Source of the DNA: Acidilobaceae archaeon
GTDB taxonomy: Archaea > Thermoproteota > Thermoprotei_A > Sulfolobales > Acidilobaceae
Direction: 5' to 3'
DNA length: 64,000 nucleotides
NCBI GenBank assembly: GCA_038897215.1
Contig: JAWAWX010000001.1
Span: 224,001-288,000 of the forward strand
Part shown: one piece after another, positions 10,621-19,684 of the stretch
How the letters are laid out: each line of letters starts with the position of its first letter
How positions within the stretch are numbered: position 1 is the stretch's first letter
The notes under the pieces: model-generated
The model's database searches: none
Told to the model about the DNA's origin: nothing
The model's input: only the letters and a program-made list of their open reading frames with translations
Made by a program: the position numbers and the translations under genes

Positions 10621-10784
10621 AAGGAGATAGATGCGGCTAGCGCCTGTATCTCTTAATCCCTATAGGCTAGGCGGGCTTCCCGGCTACTCAAAGTTTAGAG
10701 TGTGTAGGAGTAGTGGAGGGGTTCGTGGTAAAGAAATCATCGGGTTTGCTGTTAGAGAGAGCTAGTGTGGCTTGAGTTAGGCGA

Positions 10785-11081
10785 TTACTTAGACAGGCAG
10801 ATCTCTATGCCGCTTACTCTCCTGACTCGCTCTTCGCCAGTCTGCGGGTTCTTGACTGTGATCTCCTGGCTGCTGATGTTTATGCCCTCGATCTTCACGT
10901 TTCTAGCGAACCTGGTCCTGACGATCTCGACTGCGTCGACAGCCTTGGTTATGTTTCTGCCTCTAGCCTTGACTACGACCTTGCCCGTGCCCTGCTCCAT
11001 GAGGGTTGTTAGCACTGCTAGAACGTAGTTCATTACGGGCTTGGCTCCGACTCTAACCTCGGGTGCTCCCTCGCAGACCAT
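10785..11081 (-). CDS. albA: Chromatin protein Alba
   Basis: VGAKPVMNYVLA, KARGRNITKAVD and VSGIEI motifs. Confidence 0.95.
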   Translation of the reverse strand: MVCEGAPEVRVGAKPVMNYVLAVLTTLMEQGTGKVVVKARGRNITKAVDAVEIVRTRFARNVKIEGINISSQEITVKNPQTGEERVRRVSGIEICLSK

Positions 11082-11185
11082 TTCTGACCCTCCTCTCTTT
11101 CCTGGAGTCTGGGTAGCCTTAGGATAGAGTTGCCGCTATTTAAGCTTTTCTCTAGTGGGCAAGCGTATAGACGGGCTGAGAGCGA

Positions 11186-11797
11186 GTGGTTGAGGCCATA
11201 GTCGTAGACAACATGGAGACCGTGGCCTCAAGATGGCTGAGAGTAGAGCTAGAGGAGGTAGCTAGAGTCGCTAGAGAGAGGGGGCTCGCCGTCATACTGA
11301 CGGGCTTCGTGAGCCCCGAGGTCGAGGCTGTTGCAGTCAAGCTAGGCTACGAGGTGGAGAGAGACGCCGGCAGATTCAACAGACCAGACTCCATCCTCCT
11401 CGACCTCTGGGCCAGCGAGAAGCTGAAGCCTCACGAAGCGCGGACAGCCAAGTACCTGATAGTAGGCGGGATCCTCGGCGACCACCCTCCGAGAGGGAGG
11501 ACTCGGCTCCTCTACGACCGCTACTGCTACGCTGCTCGAAGAAGCCTCGGCGAGCAACAGCTCAGCATAGACGGGGCAGTCAAGACAGCTCTCCGCGTAG
11601 CCGAAGGAGTCCCCCTCGAGGAGATCAAGATGGTAGCCCCCCTGGAGGTCGAGGTAGCGAGAGGGAAGCTAAGGTTCACGGTAACGCTACCCTACGCCTA
11701 CCCTCTCAGGCCAGACGGCTCTCCCGACGTCTCCCCAAAGCTGGTAGAACTCCTCGAGAGAGGACTGACCTGGGAGGAGCTAGCTTATACCTACTGA
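11186..11797 (+). CDS. SPOUT-class methyltransferase (Sfm1/Trm10-like)
   Basis: IVGGILGDHPPRGRT, QLSIDGA and LPYAYP motifs. Confidence 0.8.
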   Translation: MVEAIVVDNMETVASRWLRVELEEVARVARERGLAVILTGFVSPEVEAVAVKLGYEVERDAGRFNRPDSILLDLWASEKLKPHEARTAKYLIVGGILGDHPPRGRTRLLYDRYCYAARRSLGEQQLSIDGAVKTALRVAEGVPLEEIKMVAPLEVEVARGKLRFTVTLPYAYPLRPDGSPDVSPKLVELLERGLTWEELAYTY

Positions 11798-11827
11798 GAG
11801 CTTATAGAGCCACGCTAGAGCTAAGCT

Positions 11828-12280
11828 GTGGCAAGGAGGGAGAGACTCTTGGCTAGAGTGCTCGTGGTGAGAGCGGAGTACGGTGAGGTCAAGGAGTCGA
11901 GAGTAGTCGAGGGAGACTTCGAGAGAGTGGTTAGAGATGTTGTGAGCAGAGCTCTCGAGGAGTGGAATCCCGCCAAGAGCGACTTCATAGTTCTCAGAGA
12001 CGAGCGAGTAGTCGAGGTCGAGTCTCTAGACCAGGCTCTAGCGGAGTCTCTTAGGTCAGCTGGAGCTCTCAGAGAGCTCGAGAGAGGACTCTCGGTCAGA
12101 GTGCCCGTGGTTACTGTGAGCTTCGATAACGAGATGGTATCCGAGGAGAGATACGAGGAGCACAAGATATACATAGTGACGCTCTACGTGAGCGATGACT
12201 TCAAAACAGAGATAGAAGCTGAAGCAGCAGAGATCACCAGCGCTCCGGAGGAGCCTGAGGGCATTCAGAGGGTTGGTTAG
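11828..12280 (+). CDS. Conserved crenarchaeal protein (DUF2286-like)
   Basis: ALEEWNPAKSDFIVLR and VSFDN motifs; operon context. Confidence 0.65.
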   Translation: MARRERLLARVLVVRAEYGEVKESRVVEGDFERVVRDVVSRALEEWNPAKSDFIVLRDERVVEVESLDQALAESLRSAGALRELERGLSVRVPVVTVSFDNEMVSEERYEEHKIYIVTLYVSDDFKTEIEAEAAEITSAPEEPEGIQRVG

Positions 12281-12282
12281 AG

Positions 12283-12942
12283 ATGACTAGAGTTCTCGCA
12301 GTCTCCGATATACACGGCAGGCTGGATGTCTACAAGAAGATAGCCTCAGCGGAGAGAGACGCTGAGGTGATAATGATAGCGGGCGACGTGACCCCCTATG
12401 GTGGAGGCAACGCTAGAGAACTCCTGGAAGCGATAGCCGAAGAGGCTGAGGGCAGGCTTGTGCTAGCTGTTCCAGGCAATGTAGACGACCCCTACGACTT
12501 CGATGGAGTAGCTGGAGTCGTTAACCTCCACGGCAGGTCGGCTAAGCTGAAGGACTTAACCGTAGTTGGTGTAGGAGGCTCTCCCCCAACCCCCTTCTTC
12601 ACCATCAACGAGATCCCCGAGGACGAGATAGAGACTCTTCTCAGAAACGCCATAATGGCTGCTGGGCCTATCGAGAAGCTCGTAGTGCTAAGCCACGCTC
12701 CGCCATACGGGACCAGAGTTGACGTTATATCGAGCGGGGACAACGTGGGCTCGCACGCTGTCAGAGCTGTGATCGAGGAGTTCAAGCCAGTGCTGTGCAT
12801 ATGCGGCCACATACACGAAGCTAGAGGAGTCGATACTCTAGGCTCCACAGTCATCGTGAACCCAGGTCCAGCAGCTAGAGGGTACTATGCGGTGATAAAG
12901 CTAGCGGGAGACTCAATCACCCCTAAGCTCAAGAGAGTGTGA
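12283..12942 (+). CDS. Icc-like metallophosphoesterase
   Basis: DIHG, GD, GNVD, SHAPP, GHIHE and NPG motifs. Confidence 0.9.
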   Translation: MTRVLAVSDIHGRLDVYKKIASAERDAEVIMIAGDVTPYGGGNARELLEAIAEEAEGRLVLAVPGNVDDPYDFDGVAGVVNLHGRSAKLKDLTVVGVGGSPPTPFFTINEIPEDEIETLLRNAIMAAGPIEKLVVLSHAPPYGTRVDVISSGDNVGSHAVRAVIEEFKPVLCICGHIHEARGVDTLGSTVIVNPGPAARGYYAVIKLAGDSITPKLKRV

Positions 12943-12956
12943 GGCGGCGCTACTAG

Positions 12957-13670
12957 TTGAAGAGGCAGGTCGTAGACGTTACTGAGGGCTCTGCTCTCGC
13001 TGCTGTAGCCTCCTCTCTAGTCTACGCTATAGAAGACTCTCTGCTCGAAGCGGAGATAGACTCCTCAGCTATACACGTCTACCCTCCTCCGTGGGAGGCT
13101 CTAGCCAGCGGGGAGTCCTCGTTCAGCTTCGAGGTCTACGGAGTGAGAGAGCTGGAGCAGCGAGAGGCGCGCGTCGAGGGCCTCGAGCTCACTGTATCCG
13201 TCCGGAGAGCGAGAGGAAGCCCTCCCCCGGGCTCAGCTCCACTGAGAGAAGTGTACTTGAGTGTAGCCAGGCTAGTTCCCCGCCTCGACGCGGGGCTACT
13301 CAAGAGCCTCTCTAGAGAGACCTGGGAGACCGGCGTTGAGCACCTAGTCCTCTACGCTCTAGACGGTAGAGTCTACGTGCTCGAGGGGGAGAAGGGTTCT
13401 GCTCTCATCCTCCCAGTGAGGGCAGCCTCGGTGATCCATACTCACCCCGGGGGAGCCTGCGGGCTCTCGTCGAGAGACGTGAGGATAGCGGCTAGACTCC
13501 TAGACTCCTACGTTATAGCTAGCTCAGCGGTTTCCGAGAACTGCCTCTACTACCTAGTCAGGCTCGGGCCTATCTCGCTCGACGACTACACGCTTCTCCT
13601 AAACTACTCCAGCGACCTGCTTGAAGAGCTCTCCCTTAGGACAGTGAGAGGCGGGAGGCTATACCTATAG
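12957..13670 (+). CDS. Hypothetical protein with C-terminal JAB/JAMM-like metal motif
   Basis: Upstream Glu (GVEH) plus HTHPGGACGLSSRD, which fits HxHx7SxxD. Confidence 0.6.
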   Translation: MKRQVVDVTEGSALAAVASSLVYAIEDSLLEAEIDSSAIHVYPPPWEALASGESSFSFEVYGVRELEQREARVEGLELTVSVRRARGSPPPGSAPLREVYLSVARLVPRLDAGLLKSLSRETWETGVEHLVLYALDGRVYVLEGEKGSALILPVRAASVIHTHPGGACGLSSRDVRIAARLLDSYVIASSAVSENCLYYLVRLGPISLDDYTLLLNYSSDLLEELSLRTVRGGRLYL

Positions 13671-13707
13671 GCTCTCCGAGCGGGCTAACGCAAGCCCGGA
13701 GGGGAGC
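13671..13707 (+). terminator. GC-rich hairpin right after the stop codon (possible terminator or processing element)
   Basis: GCTCTCC-gag-CGGGCT-aacgca-AGCCCG-ga-GGGGAGC. Confidence 0.3.
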
Positions 13708-13763
13708 TCTCAGCAATCCTAAATAGAGCCTGGGCTGAGTGAGCAGAGCTAGGATGAGAGGCT

Positions 13764-14264
13764 TTGGCTGAGCCAGTGTACGGCGAGGGGCTGTTCCTAG
13801 TCTCGAAGAGCGGAACCATATGGTACATCATTGTTTTCGAGTACGCTGATGACGAGGAGTACGCTGAGATAGCTAGAGACAGAGAGCGCAAGAGAGCAGA
13901 GGAGGAGAGACTGAGGCTAGAGATGCAGAAGCTCATGGATGAGGAGCGCGTGATCGTTAACGGTATCGAGACGAGGTGCAATGTCTTGAGAGCATCTATA
14001 TCGGTTTCAGGGAATAGAAGCTATGTTACGTTCATCTCCAAGATACCCTTCGAGCCTAGGAGAGGGCTCAACATATACGAGAACATGTACGAGCCAACGG
14101 TAGCAGAGTACGACTACACTGTCTACTGGATAGTCGAGGATGGGAGAGTAGAGGAGGTGGAGTCGCCCGGAGACGTGGAGATACTCGAAGGCGTAGCCGT
14201 GATATCTGTACGCAAGGGGGCTAGGATAGACGGGTACGAGAGCGTAGTCTTCAAGCTAGGCTAG
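13764..14264 (+). CDS. Conserved hypothetical protein
   Basis: Host-like codon usage, beta-rich (NIYENMYE, YDYTVYW), in operon with the rhomboid gene. Confidence 0.7.
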   Translation: MAEPVYGEGLFLVSKSGTIWYIIVFEYADDEEYAEIARDRERKRAEEERLRLEMQKLMDEERVIVNGIETRCNVLRASISVSGNRSYVTFISKIPFEPRRGLNIYENMYEPTVAEYDYTVYWIVEDGRVEEVESPGDVEILEGVAVISVRKGARIDGYESVVFKLG

Positions 14265-14277
14265 TCTCGGAGACACT

Positions 14278-15669
14278 ATGCTCTTTACCGCTCTCAGCTC
14301 TCTCGAGTCTCGAGGAGTGAAGCTCGTGGTGCTAAGAGCTCTAACTAGGGCTCCAGTCACGCTAGCTCTGGTCGCTATCAATGTGGCTGTCTACGCTCTA
14401 GCCTCCTACGAATCGCTCTTCCTCGTTGCTTCTAGCGAGTGGATCGACGCTTTCGCCTTCACTCCCACTATGCTAATGTATCCTAGCGATTGGTATAGGG
14501 TCTTCACGTCTATGTTCATGCACGCCAGCTTGTTCCACATACTCTTCAACATGTACTTCCTGATAGTCTTCGGCAGAGACGTCGAGGAGAGGCTAGGCTC
14601 ATTCAGGTACCTGCTCCTCTACCTGGCTAGCGGAATTCTAGCCTCGGTCTTCCACTCAGGGCTAGTCCCGATAACGGGGTCTCTCGCTCTAGTGGTCCCG
14701 GCTGTAGGAGCGTCTGGAGCCATAAGCGGCGTACTGGGAGCCTACCTGATCATGTTTCCCAGAAGGTCTATGACGCTATGCCTCTTCATCCCCGTGCCTA
14801 TCTGTGCTCGCATGTACGCTGGGCACTTCCTCCTCTTCTGGCTCTCTCTCCAGGTAGCCTTCGGCCTCCTATCCTACGGGACTGGGGGAGGCGGGATAGC
14901 CTTCTTCGCTCACGTGGGGGGCTTCCTCGCGGGAGTGCTTCTAGCCTTCCTCCTAGCGCCGAGACAGCCCGCGGTAGTCAGGCTTGACCAGCTAGCTCTA
15001 GAGGCTCCCGTTGTCGCAGTAGCTCGCAAGACGGGGCTCCCCCTATTGCTGAAAGCAGTTCTAGCAGTCATAGCCGCGGTCATGGCAGCGAGCGCAGCCT
15101 ACTCCGCATACGTGGCGGAGAGCATCTCGGGAGTCTATGTGATCGAACTCAAGACAGAAGGCATGGGGCTAGTGGAGCAGGATAAGGCTATCTACTCGCT
15201 CTCAGACAACATGGTCATATCTCCGAGCTCGAGCGGGCCTCGAGTGGTGTTCAATAGGCTGTTGTGGGCCGGGCTCCTGTCCTCTAGCGAGCTAGCCGGG
15301 AGGACTCTCACGGGCGTCATATTCGATGGAGTAATCAGAGGCGTCGCCCCCGGGGTAGACATCAAAGTCGTGGTGGTGGGGAGCGCTAGCTACGACGAGA
15401 GAGGAGTGCTCAGTAGTCTCGAGGGAGTAGTGGTCACAGACGTTCTGCTGATGAGGATGGGGAGAGTAGTCGGGGTAGAAGAGGGAGTCAGCTACAAGGT
15501 CTCGGTCTCATCAGAAGACCTAGGCGTAGAGGCTGGCAGAACCGTGGTTAGGCTCTCGGCCATAGCCTCAGCGATCGTCACTCTAGCAGCGCTAGCAGTC
15601 GCTCTAGTCAAGGACAGAGACTTAGCCGAAGAGGAGGTAGAGTACGTACTGCAACCCGGCTCCTACTGA
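14278..15669 (+). CDS. Rhomboid intramembrane serine protease with C-terminal extension
   Basis: HILFNM, GASGAISG catalytic Ser and AHVGG catalytic His. Confidence 0.9.
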   Translation: MLFTALSSLESRGVKLVVLRALTRAPVTLALVAINVAVYALASYESLFLVASSEWIDAFAFTPTMLMYPSDWYRVFTSMFMHASLFHILFNMYFLIVFGRDVEERLGSFRYLLLYLASGILASVFHSGLVPITGSLALVVPAVGASGAISGVLGAYLIMFPRRSMTLCLFIPVPICARMYAGHFLLFWLSLQVAFGLLSYGTGGGGIAFFAHVGGFLAGVLLAFLLAPRQPAVVRLDQLALEAPVVAVARKTGLPLLLKAVLAVIAAVMAASAAYSAYVAESISGVYVIELKTEGMGLVEQDKAIYSLSDNMVISPSSSGPRVVFNRLLWAGLLSSSELAGRTLTGVIFDGVIRGVAPGVDIKVVVVGSASYDERGVLSSLEGVVVTDVLLMRMGRVVGVEEGVSYKVSVSSEDLGVEAGRTVVRLSAIASAIVTLAALAVALVKDRDLAEEEVEYVLQPGSY

Positions 15670-15755
15670 GCGGAGATGCGTGCTCAAGCCTAGCCTGTGC
15701 TCTCCTCCCCGCTCAGCGAGAGAGCCCTGTCTCCGGGGAGAGACGGGGGAGGAGT

Positions 15756-15815
15756 GGTCTCAGTCTTGCCGAGGTCTCGCATCACTCGAGTCAGCTAACC
15801 CTGACTTCAGCACCG
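15756..15815 (-). ncRNA. Candidate C/D-box guide sRNA
   Basis: Minus strand reads GTGCTGA(C)-AGTCAGGGTTAG-CTGA(D')-CTCGA-GTGATGC(C')-GAGACCTCGGCAAGA-CTGA(D); intergenic. Confidence 0.6.
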
Positions 15816-15848
15816 AGATAGCTGGAGTGGCTCCAGGGCTATTCAGCT

Positions 15849-16472
15849 CTACTCGAACCTTATCCCGTCAACGCTCCTCACTACCAGCCCTCTGTAGAGG
15901 TAGCTGATCTGCCTGAGTGCAGCGTAGTAATCGAAGTCGTTGAGAGCGCTCACTCCATCCATGGGGACTACTACCTTGAATCCTCTGAGAGCAGCGCTCC
16001 CGGCTGTGTGGAGAACGCATATGTTCGCCACGGTCCCCACGATCACAGTGTACTTCACCCCGTAGACTCTGAGCAGGTCTTCGAGCGGAGTCCCGTAGAA
16101 CCCGTCGTATCGAGTCTTGACTACGACTATGTCTCCCTTCTCTGGCTTCAGCTCATCCACTATCTGCCAGCCCCAGGACCCGTGGAGAACGTGCTCACCC
16201 CAGATCTCGTACTCGGGGTCTCCCGGCCAGTGAGTGTCCTGAGTGTAGAATACTCTCACTCCTCTAGACCTAGCGCTCGCCAGGAGCCTGCTTATAGAGG
16301 GTATCGTGGCCTCAGCTGTAGGCACTCTCAGCCTCCCGCCCGGCTTGACGAAGTCGTTCTGCATGTCTACAACTATCACGGCGGATTCTCTGGCAGGTAG
16401 AGTGACGCTATCTAGGACCTCGAGGCCTGGGAACTCTAGGAGTAGCTTTGAGCGCGCGGCCACACAGCGCAC
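15849..16472 (-). CDS. Isochorismatase/nicotinamidase family cysteine hydrolase
   Basis: VDMQNDF, KTRYDGF and GTVANICV motifs (Asp-Lys-Cys triad). Confidence 0.9.
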   Translation of the reverse strand: MRCVAARSKLLLEFPGLEVLDSVTLPARESAVIVVDMQNDFVKPGGRLRVPTAEATIPSISRLLASARSRGVRVFYTQDTHWPGDPEYEIWGEHVLHGSWGWQIVDELKPEKGDIVVVKTRYDGFYGTPLEDLLRVYGVKYTVIVGTVANICVLHTAGSAALRGFKVVVPMDGVSALNDFDYYAALRQISYLYRGLVVRSVDGIRFE

Positions 16473-16539
16473 CCGGTTATCTTACCGCTAGCCGGCTCTC
16501 GCAGGATATAAATCTTGATATTATGCGACCCGATACTCG

Positions 16540-18096
16540 GTGTATCGAGTGGAGGGTCTCGCGACACTATTCAAGAAAGCTGAGGAGAGTGAGGCCATAG
16601 CCTCTGAGGAGATGTCGGTGATAGAGGCTAACAGCGCCTGGTGGGGGGTTTCTCAGGAGCTTCTTATGGAGAACGCGGGGAGAGCTCTCGCGGACTTTGT
16701 CAGCGCCATCCTGAGAGCTCCGAGAGACGCTAGGATAGCTGTGGTAGCCGGGAGAGGAGGCAATGGGGGCGACGGGCTTGTCGCTGCTAGATTCCTCGCT
16801 GCTAGAGGAGCAAGAGTAGAGATCCACTTGACTCACGAGCCGTCACTAGTCGAGCATAGAGCTGCTCGGAGAGCACTAGACTACGCTATCAAGTCTAGAA
16901 GCGTCAAGGTTAAGAAGCCCTGGTCTGAAGGCTGGCTCGACTTATCGAGTGCTGACCTAGTCATAGACGCTGTTCTGGGAACAGGGCTCAGAGGAGAGCC
17001 CCGGGGGACCGTTAGAGACGCCATAGTAGCAATCAACTCCTCTAGAGCGGTCAAGGTCGCAGCCGACATCCCTTCAGGTCTCGACCCAGACACTGGCAGA
17101 GCAGTGCTAGCAGTTAGAGCAGACTACACTCTAAGCTTCCACAAGCCCAAGAGGGGGCTCTTCTTGAACGAGGGGCCCAGGCACGCTGGAGAAGTCTACG
17201 TGGCGGACATCGGAGTACCAGCTGAGGCAGAGGAATACGCTGGACCCGGGGACCTGCTGAGAGTCCCTGAGAGGCCGAGAGACGCCAGGAAGGGCGACGG
17301 GGGGAGGGTCCTAGTAGTGGGGGGCTCAGAGAGATTCGTGGGAGCCCCCGTGCTAGCAGCTAAGGCAGCCTACCTAGCTGGAGCAGACCTCGTCTACGCC
17401 TACCTGCCTAGAGAGTACGCTTACACAGTGGCTTCATGCCACCCCGAGGTGATCCCCGTTCCTAGAGAGAGCCCCGGGGGGCTCGAGGAGGCTCTAGAGA
17501 GAGCTCACGCTGTGGTCCTAGGGCCGGGGCTCGGGCTGAGCGATGAGTCCAGGAGGATCGTGAAGACAGTCATCGAGAGATACAGAGGCAGGCCTCTCGT
17601 CGTGGACGCTGACGCGTTGAAGATAATAGCCGAGGAGGGGGCAGAGCTCTGGAGCCACGCCGTGATGACCCCCCACAGAGGGGAGGCGCTCGCTCTCTCG
17701 AAGAAACCCGAGGCGAGCCTGGTAGAGCAGGCTAGAGTCATAGCGGCCAGGTACGGGGCTACTGTCATAGTGAAGGCCCCGGAGGACGTTGTGTGCGAGC
17801 CCCGTGGGAGGTGTAGGAGGAACCTCACGGGCCACCAGGCCATGGCTGTAGGCGGCACTGGCGACATCCTCGCCGGGATCATCGGAGGATTTCTGGCTAG
17901 GCGGGCGGCTCTATCGACTATATCGAGCCCCCTGGACCTCGTGGCGGCAGCAGCTTACGTGACCGGGAGAGCTGGAGAGCTCGCTGTAGAGGAGAAGGGG
18001 GAGAACCTGACTCCTCAAGACGTGCTGTCGAAGATCCCTGTGGCGATGGCGGAGGCCAGGAGGTACTCTGAGACCCGGGAGGTCGCGCGGGCTTGA
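16540..18096 (+). CDS. nnr: Bifunctional NAD(P)HX epimerase/dehydratase
   Basis: LMENAG, GRGGNGGDG, DAVLGTG, DIPSG (YjeF_N); GPGLG, DADAL, TPHxGE, GGTGD (YjeF_C). Confidence 0.92.
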   Translation: MYRVEGLATLFKKAEESEAIASEEMSVIEANSAWWGVSQELLMENAGRALADFVSAILRAPRDARIAVVAGRGGNGGDGLVAARFLAARGARVEIHLTHEPSLVEHRAARRALDYAIKSRSVKVKKPWSEGWLDLSSADLVIDAVLGTGLRGEPRGTVRDAIVAINSSRAVKVAADIPSGLDPDTGRAVLAVRADYTLSFHKPKRGLFLNEGPRHAGEVYVADIGVPAEAEEYAGPGDLLRVPERPRDARKGDGGRVLVVGGSERFVGAPVLAAKAAYLAGADLVYAYLPREYAYTVASCHPEVIPVPRESPGGLEEALERAHAVVLGPGLGLSDESRRIVKTVIERYRGRPLVVDADALKIIAEEGAELWSHAVMTPHRGEALALSKKPEASLVEQARVIAARYGATVIVKAPEDVVCEPRGRCRRNLTGHQAMAVGGTGDILAGIIGGFLARRAALSTISSPLDLVAAAAYVTGRAGELAVEEKGENLTPQDVLSKIPVAMAEARRYSETREVARA

Positions 18097-18632
18097 GCGA
18101 TGCCGTGGAGCGCTCTCGCTCGCTAGCGGTCAGAGAGAGGTACGAGGTAGCGTGCGATAGCTACGACGAACTCTACAAAGAGGAGCAAGCGGAGAAGTAC
18201 TACGTGGCTCTGAAGTACAGCAAGCCAGAGGGGGTTGTGCTCGACGCGGGCTGCGGCACCGGGCTCTTGGCCGAGTACCTGGAGAGCGTCGGGGCCTCCG
18301 GCAGGATCGCTCTCTACATATGCCTGGACTACAGCTCTTGCATGATCAGAGAAGCCAGGAGGAGGCTCGAGACCCTCGGGCTCCACTACGCTCTACTAGA
18401 GGCTTCTCTCGAGAGCCTACCGCTAGCCTCGGGGTCAGTCGACACGGTCTACTCTATCACAGTCCTCAACCTGCTAGACGACCCCGTAGAGGGCCTCAGA
18501 GAGCTGAGGAGAGTATCGAGAGGGCCCGTTCTAGTCACTGTGCTCAGAGAGTCCGGGGCCACGGGGCCCCTCCTAGAGGAGGGCTGCAGGCTGCTGGAGT
18601 CGACTAGCAAGGATGACGTGCTCGCGTGCTAG
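18093..18632 (+). CDS. Class I SAM-dependent methyltransferase
   Basis: VLDAGCGTG motif I. Confidence 0.85.
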   Translation: MSDAVERSRSLAVRERYEVACDSYDELYKEEQAEKYYVALKYSKPEGVVLDAGCGTGLLAEYLESVGASGRIALYICLDYSSCMIREARRRLETLGLHYALLEASLESLPLASGSVDTVYSITVLNLLDDPVEGLRELRRVSRGPVLVTVLRESGATGPLLEEGCRLLESTSKDDVLAC

Positions 18633-18634
18633 AG

Positions 18635-18686
18635 ATCGCTGGGGCGATTCTCATCACTCGTCAGCCGATGGCGTACCGCTCACGAG
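18635..18686 (-). ncRNA. Possible C/D-box-like sRNA
   Basis: Minus strand carries CTGA-CGA-GTGATGA (perfect D'/C' pair) with guide-length flanks, but the outer C and D boxes are degenerate. Confidence 0.3.
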
Positions 18687-18723
18687 CTCCACGCTACCCA
18701 CTCTTCTGGAAGAGGTAAAGACT

Positions 18724-18990
18724 CTACCGGCCACCCCTCGAGAGCTGAGACGAAGGGGAAACCTTGCCCGGCTCCTCTGGCGGTTCTTGCAGCAGAGCTC
18801 TATCCAGGTCTCCCTCCTCTACCTCAGGCACGTTCTTCTTAACAGTCTCCGCTGCTTCGGCTTTGCTCCCAGCTTTACAGACGGCAACTAATCCCTTGAA
18901 GCCGGGAGGAGACGCTGTAACCTCAGCTCCCTGAAGTGTCTCCGTGGCTACGACGCGTGTGCTCTCATAGAGACGACCGCGTGGTTCTCT
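18724..18990 (-). pseudogene. Probable degraded THUMP-domain RNA-modification gene fragment
   Basis: EVTASPPGFKGLVAV...AETVKKNVPEVE resembles the N-terminus of crenarchaeal THUMP proteins, then the sequence degenerates; no clear start. Confidence 0.4.
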
Positions 18991-19027
18991 AACCTTGAGA
19001 GAGTGCCGTAATCTAGCTTGATTCGCG

Positions 19028-19522
19028 CTAGTCTTCAACTGGGGTGTTCTCGAGCATCTCAATGTAATATCTCGGGAAGGAGTATCTCCTAGCTGCCTCG
19101 ATTAACAAGTTTAAATAGTATCTGCTCGGAGGCACGTGCTCTCTTCGCTGGAGTTCTTCAGAGACCATGAAGGTCTTCGCTTTGACCGCCCTGCCTTCAC
19201 TACGAGTGACGACTGTGACCTCTATCTCCTTATACACTCTACAGCAGCCTTCTTTCTCCTTGATCTTCTCGTAGTCACTGGGTGAAAGCCTCATCAGGAG
19301 ACCCCAGACTTCTCCTCCCTTATGTGGGATTATGTTAGCGACTCCGCACCCCCTGCTTTCAGATTTATAGTTGAAGACTAGCTTGAAGTCTCTGAGCACG
19401 GCTACCTCGACTTCTAGAGGCTTGATGGGGGGGTAGCCGTGTCTCTTACACCATTTACTGAGGTCTTCTTCGCTCATATTAGAGCCGTAGGCGAAATAGT
19501 CGACGTAATCCCGACCCTGCAT
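19028..19522 (-). CDS. Gamma-glutamylcyclotransferase (GGCT/AIG2-like)
   Basis: YFAYGSNM, VWG, KEG catalytic Glu and PPSxYY motifs. Confidence 0.88.
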   Translation of the reverse strand: MQGRDYVDYFAYGSNMSEEDLSKWCKRHGYPPIKPLEVEVAVLRDFKLVFNYKSESRGCGVANIIPHKGGEVWGLLMRLSPSDYEKIKEKEGCCRVYKEIEVTVVTRSEGRAVKAKTFMVSEELQRREHVPPSRYYLNLLIEAARRYSFPRYYIEMLENTPVED

Positions 19523-19684
19523 TTCAACCCCCCGCTCTGCTCGCTTTCACAGCGCTCTCTTAGCTTCTCGAAGCGCTATTAAGTTAATGATGCAACAGTA
19601 GAAGTCTTCGACATCTAGAGGCTAGAGGTATTTAAATGCGGCTCGGCTGGTAACTGTGTCTCAGCTGTCCTCGGTGAGAGCCTC

